Positions 17,625 to 25,185 of a stretch of 52,032 nucleotides of DNA are shown piece after piece; the first letter of the stretch is position 1, and each line of letters starts with the position of its first letter. The stretch comes from Candidatus Binataceae bacterium (GTDB lineage Bacteria; Desulfobacterota; Binatia; Binatales; Binataceae), in assembly GCA_024281015.1 (NCBI GenBank), contig JAMXLL010000201.1:1-52032 (forward strand), given 5' to 3'. The notes beneath the pieces are model-generated. The model made no database searches. It was not told the DNA's origin and worked only from the letters and a program-made list of their open reading frames with translations. The position numbers and the translations under genes are program-made.

Positions 17625-19352
17625 CTAATACAGCCTGCCGGTACGCATAGCTAATTCTTCGACGATCGGCCCCAGCGCATCGGCTGGAAAGAACGTGAGG
17701 GCCGCGACAATGATAATCACGGCGACCAAGAGCACGACGAAGATCGCGCCATTAGTAGGAAAAGTTCCTGCGCTTGGGGGTACGGCTTTCTTGCCAACCA
17801 GTGAACCGGCCAATGCCAGCACCGGCACCTTCATCAGGAAGCGCCCGAACAGCATTACGAATGCCAGCGTTACATTATAAAACGGAGCGTTGGCATTGAG
17901 TCCGCCGAAGGCCGAGCCGTTATTTGCCGACGCCTCGGTGAACGCATACAAGACCTGGGATAGGCCATGCGGGCCGGGATTGGAGATGCCCGCCAGCCCC
18001 GCCTTGGTCACGACGGCTACGCCTGCCGGCAGTAGAATGACCGCAGGGAAGATGAGGATAAAGAGCATAGCGAGCTTCATCTCGCGGCCTTCGATCTTCT
18101 TGCCCAGATATTCCGGCGTCCTGCCCACCATCAGGCCGGCGATAAACACCGACAACACCGCCATCACCAGCATGCCGTAAAGTCCCGAGCCGACGCCCCC
18201 GAAGATGATTTCACCGATCTGCATATTGACGAGGGGAACCAACCCGCCAAGAGGCATGAAGCTGTCGTGCATCGCGTTGACGGCGCCACACGAGGTGTCG
18301 GTCGTGACTGTCGCCCATAGAGCCGAATTGACGATACCGTTACGGATCTCTTTCCCCTCCATGTTCCCGCCGCTCTGCGTGGCGGTTGCGTGCTGGTTGA
18401 TGCCGATCGCGACAAACTGGGGGTTGCCGCGCTGCTCCGCCCAGATCGTCGGCACGACGCCCGTCAAGAATAAAATCGCCATCGCGCCGAACAGGGCCCA
18501 ACCCTGGCGGCGATCACCTGCCATTTGGCCGAAGGTGTGAGTCAATCCTGCACCGATGGCAAAAATTGCGATCAGCTCGATCAGGTTGGTCAGAGGCGTG
18601 GGGTTTTCGTAAGGGTGGGCGGAGTTGGCATTGAAAAAGCCGCCTCCGTTGGTTCCGAGCTCCTTGATGATTTCCTGAGAAGCCACCGGCCCCTGTGGGA
18701 TAACTTGCGTTGCACCCTCCAAGGTCCTGGCATGCGCGTAAGCACTGAAGTTGTCCGGCACTCCTTGCCAGACCAGCACGATCGCCAACACAATGCTTAT
18801 CGGTAGCAGCAGCCATAAGGTCGCGCGGGTCAAGTCTACCCAGAAATTGCCGAGCGTCTTGCCACTCCGACGCACGAACCCGCGTATCACAGCGATGGCC
18901 ACGGCTATTCCCGCGGCAGCAGACACGAAATTATGAAAGGCGAGTCCCGCCATCTGTGTCAGGTAGCTCATCGTCGACTCGCCGCTGTAGGCCTGCCAAT
19001 TGGTATTGGTAGTGAAACTGGCAGCGGTGTTAAAAGCGAGATCGGGCGCGAGTGCGCCGAATTTCTGCGGATTCAACGGCAAGTAGTACTGCAATCGCTC
19101 GATGCCGTAGAGGAGCAGCATTCCGGCCACACTGAACAACAGCATCGAAATAGCGTATTCAATCCAACCCTGCTCGGTACCAGGATGTACGCCACATACC
19201 CGGTAGATCGCTCGTTCAACCGGCCTAAGCACCGGGTCGAGAAAGGTACGCTCGCCTTGAAACACGCGAGCCATATACAGGCCGAGCGGTACGCTGATAA
19301 GGGTGACAAGGACCGAAAAGATCCCCACCTGAATAACAGCATTAACAATCAT
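17625..19352 (-). CDS. kdpA: K+-transporting ATPase subunit A
   Basis: 575-aa polytopic protein with KdpA selectivity-filter-like repeats ([25 protein letters not shown]). Confidence 0.97.
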   Translation of the reverse strand: MIVNAVIQVGIFSVLVTLISVPLGLYMARVFQGERTFLDPVLRPVERAIYRVCGVHPGTEQGWIEYAISMLLFSVAGMLLLYGIERLQYYLPLNPQKFGALAPDLAFNTAASFTTNTNWQAYSGESTMSYLTQMAGLAFHNFVSAAAGIAVAIAVIRGFVRRSGKTLGNFWVDLTRATLWLLLPISIVLAIVLVWQGVPDNFSAYAHARTLEGATQVIPQGPVASQEIIKELGTNGGGFFNANSAHPYENPTPLTNLIELIAIFAIGAGLTHTFGQMAGDRRQGWALFGAMAILFLTGVVPTIWAEQRGNPQFVAIGINQHATATQSGGNMEGKEIRNGIVNSALWATVTTDTSCGAVNAMHDSFMPLGGLVPLVNMQIGEIIFGGVGSGLYGMLVMAVLSVFIAGLMVGRTPEYLGKKIEGREMKLAMLFILIFPAVILLPAGVAVVTKAGLAGISNPGPHGLSQVLYAFTEASANNGSAFGGLNANAPFYNVTLAFVMLFGRFLMKVPVLALAGSLVGKKAVPPSAGTFPTNGAIFVVLLVAVIIIVAALTFFPADALGPIVEELAMRTGRLY

Positions 19353-19364
19353 GCTGCTGCTCCA

Positions 19365-19457
19365 TCAGAACTTTTCCGGACGTAACATGGCGTAGACGAG
19401 ATAGGCCGTCAGGCTGGCCGCCATTACCGAGCCCAGGATTAACTCCCACATCGTCAT
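19365..19457 (-). CDS. kdpF: K+-transporting ATPase subunit F
   Basis: 30-aa hydrophobic peptide MTMWELILGSVMAASLTAYLVYAMLRPEKF with the KdpF-typical YLVYA.LRPE.F ending. Lies 12 nt upstream of kdpA. Confidence 0.85.
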   Translation of the reverse strand: MTMWELILGSVMAASLTAYLVYAMLRPEKF

Positions 19458-19537
19458 AATCGAGTACACCCCCAGACATAAGCGATTGCGATTGCGAAGA
19501 ACGCACACGTGCTGGCAATGAAGACTACATCCATCAT
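19454..19537 (-). CDS. 27-codon hydrophobic upstream ORF (KdpF-like single-TM peptide)
   Basis: MMDVVFIASTCAFFAIAIAYVWGCTRL. ATG at 19537 lies 5 nt after AAAGG. Its TGA overlaps the kdpF ATG as ATGA (19457-19454). Below the ORF-track length cutoff. Confidence 0.35.
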   Translation of the reverse strand: MMDVVFIASTCAFFAIAIAYVWGCTRL

Positions 19538-19550
19538 GGTCGCCTTTCAG

Positions 19551-19566
19551 AGCACCTCGCGTGCCG
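19551..19566 (-). promoter_or_regulatory. Candidate sigma-54 (-24/-12) promoter of the kdp operon
   Basis: The minus strand reads cGGCACgcgagGTGCT against the consensus TGGCAC-N5-TTGCW. GG-N10-GC spacing is correct. Lies about 95 nt upstream of kdpF. Confidence 0.4.
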
Positions 19567-19684
19567 CCGGGCAAATGAACGAAAACTCGCACTATTGGGT
19601 GGCTCTGAGGAAGAGTGATTGCAATATGCCGCAAGCACTTGCTGCAGAATGAAAGGAACTTGCCGCCCAATAGCTGGCAACCTG

Positions 19685-20254
19685 TCAGCGTCGCGCGATT
19701 GCCGCCACTCTGCTTGGATCGGCACCGGCTGAATTTTTATATCGCCGGCTTACCACCCGGAGCAGCGGTCGACGATCGGATCGAGGGCAAGGCTGACCCG
19801 GGTCCGAATCAGTACCGCTTTCTGATCGCGGGCGAAACTCTGAGGCAACTGGGTTGAACGGCTCCGCCGAGATGAACTCCTGGAGTACCGGGCAAGGGCC
19901 TTCTCGAAACGTCCGGAATCTCTGGAGACTCTCGTCACAGCATACCGGTCTCCCATGATCATCTAGCACCGCGACTTTGCTTCCTAAAACGAGAAAGCTC
20001 CACTGGCAGCGCATGCAGTAGTAGACTCGCGCCGGTTTGTGAAAGACCGAGGTCACACAAAGAGGCCCGATAACGAACTCGTGCCGTGTTGCGAGCTGGC
20101 GCTGTTTGACGGCTTTGGGACGGCTTTGCGAAAGGTTCACGGACGTGGCAATGGCAATTCCTGGACCAACCGAAAGTCTGCGGAGTTGCGGCACAAAATG
20201 TTTACCGCCATCCGCTGACGCAACTGAACCTTGCGGCGAAATAAAATGCAGCAT
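19685..20254 (-). CDS. Hypothetical Cys-rich protein
   Basis: Coding-like frame containing VYYCMRCQWSF (CxxC) and PVCCDES. ATG at 20254 is the first internal Met of the 224-aa ORF. No SD and no recognised family. Confidence 0.3.
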   Translation of the reverse strand: MLHFISPQGSVASADGGKHFVPQLRRLSVGPGIAIATSVNLSQSRPKAVKQRQLATRHEFVIGPLCVTSVFHKPARVYYCMRCQWSFLVLGSKVAVLDDHGRPVCCDESLQRFRTFREGPCPVLQEFISAEPFNPVASEFRPRSESGTDSDPGQPCPRSDRRPLLRVVSRRYKNSAGADPSRVAAIARR

Positions 20255-20420
20255 TGCATTTTGATATCTACTGCCGGGTGGAGAAGTTGAGCTGCACAAA
20301 ATAGCAAGCCCTCGGGTTGGATAGTGCGGAGGCCGGTTTTCCATCCAGCCTGCATCCACAGATCAGAACCCGCGCGTTTCTCGCTTATTTGAGGAGGCCT
20401 GGACATCCAGCCCTCACACT

Positions 20421-20442
20421 TATACCCTACCCCCTATAGTAC
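20421..20442 (+). promoter_or_regulatory. Candidate CsoR/RcnR-family operator (C/G tract flanked by TA-rich arms)
   Basis: TATACCCTACCCCCTATAGTAC ends 1 nt before the repressor start codon. The minus strand reads GTACTATAGGGGGTAGGGTATA, which resembles TACT-G-tract-AGTA type sites. Confidence 0.35.
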
Positions 20443-20443
20443 A

Positions 20444-20722
20444 ATGAGCCATACGGTTAAGAACAAAGAGAAAGTCCTGGCGCGGGTGCGCCGGCTACGG
20501 GGCCAGGTTGAGGCGGTCGAGCGAGCGCTCGTCCAGGAAAAGGGCTGCGCCGCGGTGCTCCAATTGGTGGTTGCCGCGCGTGGGGCAATGAACAGCCTAA
20601 TGGCAGAGGTCATCGAAGACCACATCCGATTGCATGTGGTCGACCCTTCGCGCGAGCGTAACGATCAGAAGGCCAAGGGCGCCGCAGAGCTGATCGAAGT
20701 CATCCAGTCATATCTCAGGTAA
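20444..20722 (+). CDS. CsoR/RcnR/FrmR-family metal-sensing repressor with RcnR-type H-C-H-H fingerprint
   Basis: 92 aa with the DUF156 helical pattern (KVLARVRRLRGQVEAVERAL). Counted ligand positions are His3 (MSH), Cys35 (KGCAA), His60 and His64 (EDHIRLH). Confidence 0.88.
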   Translation: MSHTVKNKEKVLARVRRLRGQVEAVERALVQEKGCAAVLQLVVAARGAMNSLMAEVIEDHIRLHVVDPSRERNDQKAKGAAELIEVIQSYLR

Positions 20723-20734
20723 CCCGGAGGTGCA

Positions 20735-22699
20735 GTGAACATGATGCGCCCGGCTCAGACCGGCACGGACGATTCCCGCGCCAAAAGCGCCACCGAAGGT
20801 GACAGACTGGACCAGCCGCACACGGTTCGATGGGCGGACCTGGTCCGAATTGCGCTAGTCGCCCTCGCCGCGATCGCCATCCGCCTCCTGTCAGGGGAAC
20901 CGATGCTATGGCTAGGGCTGGTCGGTGTTGGCGCGGTTATAGGCGGTGGTTGGCAGATTTTCAGAGAGGCAGCCGAGAACCTTCTGGCGCGCCGGATGAC
21001 CATGGAACTTTCGATGTCGATCGCCATTATTGCTGCTGCAGCAATCGGCGAGTTTTTGACTGCATTGGTCGTTACACTGTTCGTATTGGTTGCCGAGGTG
21101 CTCGAAAACCTAACGGTCGACCGGGGACGCCGGGCCATTCGCGACCTGCTGGATTTTCTCCCAAACTCGATGCTGGTGCGCCGGGAGGGCGTCGCGGTCG
21201 AAACTCCTGCCGAAAAGGTGCGACGCGGCGATGCTGTTCTGGTTAACGCTGGGGCCCTTGTGCCAGTCGACGGCATCGTGATCAAAGGCCATTCATTGGT
21301 TGACCAGGCGCGTATCACGGGGGAGTCGGTGCCGGTGAAGAAAGTCGCAGGTTCAAACGTCTATGCTGGTACAATCAACCAGACCGGCGTGCTTGAAATC
21401 AAAGTCGAACGAGTAGGCCGCGATACCTCGTGTGGACGGATACTTGAGGGAGTTGAGCAGGCCGAGCATTCTCGCGCACCGGTACAGCGGCTGGCAGACC
21501 GGCTGGCGGGGTATATCGTCTACTTTGCAATTGCCTCGGCATTGTTAACCTTTGCGGTGAGCCGTGACGTCCGCTCGACGATCGCGGTTGTGATTGTGGC
21601 TGGTGCCTGCGGCGTCGCGGCCGGTACTCCGCTCGCTCTTCTGGGCGGCATTGCGCGGGCCGCCCGCCTGGGCGTGATCATCAAGGGCGCCAGATACCTG
21701 GAGATACTCGCGCGCAGCAATACAGTTGTCCTTGACAAGACCGGCACATTGACCTTCGGCGGCACCCAGGTCCGAAGCGTGATGCGGGCTCCAGGCGTCA
21801 CCGAGGACCAGGTGATAGCAACGGCGGCAGCCGCCGAGTTACGCTCGGAGCATCCGCTCGGCAAAGCCATCGTCGCCCATGCGCTTGCAGCAGGGCTGCA
21901 GATTGATGAGCCCGAGCAATTTGATCATTCGCCGGGGTGCGGCATTTTGGCCTCAGTCAGAGGCTCGCGTATTCTAGTCGGTAACCGTGCGTTAATGACT
22001 GCGTACGCCGTGCAGCCCTTAGAGACGGCTGAGCAGGTAACTGGGGCTGATTCTCACGTGATGGTGGCACGCGATGGTCATTTTCTCGGCACGATCGTCA
22101 TCGGCGACATTGTGCGTCCAGAGGCTAAGCAGGCGATTGCATCACTCAGGCAAATGGGAGTTCGGACCATTCTCCTGACCGGCGATCGCCGGGAAGTGGC
22201 CAATGGGGTCGGTGCCCGGCTCGGCATTCACGAAATCGAAGCCGAGTTGTTGCCGGAGGCCAAACTCGCCCGGATCAAGCAGCTCATTATGGAAGGTAAT
22301 ACAGTCGCAATGGTCGGCGACGGCATTAATGACGCCCCGTCGTTGGCTGAAGCCAGTGTTGGCATCGCGATTGGTTCCGGGGCTGAAGCCGCCCGCGAAA
22401 TAGGCGATGTAGTGTTGCTCGGCAACGACCTGGCAAAATTCATCGAAATTTTATGGATTGCGCGTTGGACGCGGCGAACTATCTGGCAGAATTTTTTCGG
22501 GACTATTGCCGTGGATACGGCAGGCATTTGTCTCGCGGCCTCCGGTATTCTCGGTCCGACGCTGGCGGCATTTTTTCATGTCGCTTCAGAGATGCTTTTC
22601 ATTCTCAATTCGGCCCGGTTGCTTCCGCGTTTCAACAGCCGGGCCGGCAGGCAGACTTCGCTGGAGGCCGCGGGGAAGCTGCTGGAACGACCTGTATAG
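20735..22699 (+). CDS. P1B-type heavy-metal-translocating ATPase lacking an N-terminal metal-binding domain
   Basis: ITGES, DKTGTLT (21734), SEHPLGKAI (the HP motif of P1B ATPases) and GDGINDAP. Four TM helices precede the A-domain. The TM4-equivalent motif reads GAC (21602-21610) where CPC/SPC is expected. GGAGG lies upstream of GTG 20735 and ATG 20741. Confidence 0.9.
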   Translation: MNMMRPAQTGTDDSRAKSATEGDRLDQPHTVRWADLVRIALVALAAIAIRLLSGEPMLWLGLVGVGAVIGGGWQIFREAAENLLARRMTMELSMSIAIIAAAAIGEFLTALVVTLFVLVAEVLENLTVDRGRRAIRDLLDFLPNSMLVRREGVAVETPAEKVRRGDAVLVNAGALVPVDGIVIKGHSLVDQARITGESVPVKKVAGSNVYAGTINQTGVLEIKVERVGRDTSCGRILEGVEQAEHSRAPVQRLADRLAGYIVYFAIASALLTFAVSRDVRSTIAVVIVAGACGVAAGTPLALLGGIARAARLGVIIKGARYLEILARSNTVVLDKTGTLTFGGTQVRSVMRAPGVTEDQVIATAAAAELRSEHPLGKAIVAHALAAGLQIDEPEQFDHSPGCGILASVRGSRILVGNRALMTAYAVQPLETAEQVTGADSHVMVARDGHFLGTIVIGDIVRPEAKQAIASLRQMGVRTILLTGDRREVANGVGARLGIHEIEAELLPEAKLARIKQLIMEGNTVAMVGDGINDAPSLAEASVGIAIGSGAEAAREIGDVVLLGNDLAKFIEILWIARWTRRTIWQNFFGTIAVDTAGICLAASGILGPTLAAFFHVASEMLFILNSARLLPRFNSRAGRQTSLEAAGKLLERPV

Positions 22700-22757
22700 A
22701 ACCGGTCCAGCCAGCCAAAATTTGCGTGCTCTGGATCGAGCCGGTGAGGAGGACGAT

Positions 22758-24011
22758 ATGCGAAGCCTGCTAACTGCTGCGGCACTCACCGGAATACTGT
22801 GGTTTCCGCGTATCGCCCTGGCACAGGTTCTGTCGATTGATCAGGCGGTTGCGGAAGCAGCCAGAATCAATCCGCAGGTACGGGGCTCACGTTTTCGCTG
22901 GGAATCAGCAAAGCATCAGATTATCCAGAACTATACTCCAGTAGACCCCCAGTTCACTTTCTCGGAGTCGGATAGCTGGAGAGGCTTTCTGTACGGATCC
23001 GGTCTGCATACCATAGCTGCGACGCAAGCGCTGCAGTTTCCCGGCAAGGGCTTACTCCAGGGGCGCACAGCGGAGCGTAGCACGGAAATCGCCCGCCTCA
23101 CCTACCTTGCCGCACTGCGCGATGTGACGGCGCAGGTCAAGACTGCCTACTACCAAATCCAGCTCGACCTTGCTTTGAGCGACTTGATCACCGAGAACAC
23201 CGCAAATCTCGAACGCGTGCTGAAGGTCACTGAGATTGCATATACGGCCAGCCTTGCCACTCAGGGTGACTTCATCAATGCTAAGTTTGCCCTGGAGGCC
23301 GACCGCGAACAGTTGCGCCAGCAGTCGGTAACCATCGCTAATGACAAGACCGCACTCAACGTCCTGCTCGACCGCAGACCAGACGAGCCTTTGCAGGTTG
23401 ATAGAAAATTCGATCTTGCGAGCTTCGAACTCAGCCTCGACGAAGTAGTGAATCGAGCGGTGAGCCAGCGCCAGGAGATTTTGCAAGCGGCGCTGACCGA
23501 GAAAAATCAAAATACCGCGTTGACGCTCGCCCGGCTTGAATATGCTCCCGATTACACTCTGGGCTTTGGTTTCGACCACTGGCTAATCGCCAGCTTCGCA
23601 CCCGCACCTAACCATACTGAGGACTGGAACTTCCAGATTGGCTTCAACCTGCCGATCTTCTTCTGGGCAAAGAACGCGGATATCACTCGCGCGCGCGAGG
23701 ATCTCGATGCCGCCCGGGAGGATCTCGAATCGATTCGGACCCAGACCGCCGGCCAGGTGACCAGCCTCTATCGCCAGGTTCTGCGCTCGCGGGAAACTGC
23801 ACTCCTCTATCGAAACACCCTTACTCCGCTGGCCCATCAGGCCTTTGAAGTGATGCTCATTGCCTACCAGGGTGGCAAGACCGATTTCACCACTCTGATC
23901 AGCACTTTCCGCCAGCTAAGCGATGCGCGGACCGCCTACCTGCAAGCCGTTAATCAGTTGCTGGCGGGCAAGGTGGCATTGGCGCAGGCCGCGGGAGGCA
24001 ACCTTCCGTGA
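22758..24011 (+). CDS. Outer-membrane efflux protein (TolC/CzcC family)
   Basis: ATG at 22758 follows GAGGAGGA. Signal peptide MRSLLTAAALTGILWFPRIALAQ. Two OEP-like repeats. The ORF-track start at 22458 overlaps the ATPase gene and is rejected. Confidence 0.85.
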   Translation: MRSLLTAAALTGILWFPRIALAQVLSIDQAVAEAARINPQVRGSRFRWESAKHQIIQNYTPVDPQFTFSESDSWRGFLYGSGLHTIAATQALQFPGKGLLQGRTAERSTEIARLTYLAALRDVTAQVKTAYYQIQLDLALSDLITENTANLERVLKVTEIAYTASLATQGDFINAKFALEADREQLRQQSVTIANDKTALNVLLDRRPDEPLQVDRKFDLASFELSLDEVVNRAVSQRQEILQAALTEKNQNTALTLARLEYAPDYTLGFGFDHWLIASFAPAPNHTEDWNFQIGFNLPIFFWAKNADITRAREDLDAAREDLESIRTQTAGQVTSLYRQVLRSRETALLYRNTLTPLAHQAFEVMLIAYQGGKTDFTTLISTFRQLSDARTAYLQAVNQLLAGKVALAQAAGGNLP

Positions 24012-25147
24012 GCATTCGGCGGGCAATGTCGATTAGGCTTGCATTATTGTGCGGGATGACGGCGGCCGTTGCTGGCTTCGACATCAGTTGTGACCAACCG
24101 CGCGGTGCGCAGGCCAACCCTCCGCAGCAGAATGCTATCGCGATGCTCGAGCATCAGGGGCAAGGTCCTGAGTTGCTCCAGCTTCAGCCCGGGGCGCTGC
24201 CTGACATGACCTTATACACGCTGCGCGCCTTCCAGTTGCCCGGCGTGCTGGACACCACCGGGCAAATCGCATTCGACGATCGCCGCGTTGCAAATATCAT
24301 CTCGCGGGTGGCTGGACGGATCGAAGACGTTCGCGTTTCGCAATGGGACTTCGTCAGGCGAGGGCAGCCGATTCTTACCCTGTATAGTCCTGACTTCATG
24401 ACCGCCGAGGCCGAGTATCTTCAAGCCAAGGCTGCAGCGCCAGCTTTAGCAGGCGGTGGACCCGATGAGCGGCAGTTTGCCCAATCGATGCTAGAGGCAG
24501 CAACCCGCAAGCTGGAACTGCTGGGCATCGAGCCGGCGCAAATCAAGGCGATCAAGAGTGCCGCACCCAGCTTTGTCATGCGTGCGCCTGTCAGTGGGAC
24601 AGTGGTGCAGAATCAGGCGTTGCGTGGCTCGGCGGTAAATCCAGGAGATGTGCTGTACTCAGTTGGAACACTCGATGACGTGTGGATCACTGCCGATATT
24701 TACGAAGACGAGTTGGCGCGGGTTCGCGTCGGCCAACGGCTCCAAGCTGTCACTACCGCTTATCCAGGAGACGTGTTTTATGGCACCGTCGACCGTATTA
24801 GCCCCACAATAGATCCGACCAGCCATACGCTTCAGGTTCGCTGCCGAGTAAGCAATCCCGGGCACAAGCTCAAACCGCAAATGCTGGCGCAGATAAAAAT
24901 CATGGTGCCGGCACGCGACGCCATAGTCATGCCTCTCGATGGGCTGGTGTTTGAAACCGACGCCTATTTTGTATACGTCGACGCAGGGAGCGACCGCTTC
25001 GAGCGGCGCAGGGTTACCGTCGGCTCCTGGAATCAACAAGGTTATGCTCGTGTGACGCGTGGTCTGAGGCCGGGGGAGCGCGTGGTCAGCGGCGCGACTA
25101 TGCAAGTGAACGAACTGTGGCACGAAGCCCACGGCGAGCGATCCTGA
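24008..25147 (+). CDS. RND efflux periplasmic adaptor (MFP; CzcB/HlyD-like)
   Basis: GTGA overlap with the upstream stop. Lipoyl/beta-barrel MFP blocks (RAPVSGTVVQ, GDVLYSVGTLDDVWITADIYE, G.V..ISPTIDP). The start could be a few codons downstream. Confidence 0.85.
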   Translation: MSIRRAMSIRLALLCGMTAAVAGFDISCDQPRGAQANPPQQNAIAMLEHQGQGPELLQLQPGALPDMTLYTLRAFQLPGVLDTTGQIAFDDRRVANIISRVAGRIEDVRVSQWDFVRRGQPILTLYSPDFMTAEAEYLQAKAAAPALAGGGPDERQFAQSMLEAATRKLELLGIEPAQIKAIKSAAPSFVMRAPVSGTVVQNQALRGSAVNPGDVLYSVGTLDDVWITADIYEDELARVRVGQRLQAVTTAYPGDVFYGTVDRISPTIDPTSHTLQVRCRVSNPGHKLKPQMLAQIKIMVPARDAIVMPLDGLVFETDAYFVYVDAGSDRFERRRVTVGSWNQQGYARVTRGLRPGERVVSGATMQVNELWHEAHGERS

Positions 25148-25185
25148 GCTCGCGCTCCACGTTCTGAAGCGAGGCAGGTGGCGCA

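Noticed and set aside
19365-19670. 101-aa ORF in the track
   Set aside because: Only the last 30 codons (19365-19457) are kdpF. The upstream part is a fortuitous in-frame extension across the promoter and leader.
20755-21318. 187-aa minus-strand ORF
   Set aside because: Antisense to the P1B ATPase gene. The translation is Arg/Ser/Ala-rich and low in complexity.
22458-22757. N-terminal 100-aa extension of the outer-membrane factor ORF
   Set aside because: It overlaps the ATPase gene by 240 nt. ATG at 22758 has GAGGAGGA upstream and is followed immediately by a signal peptide.
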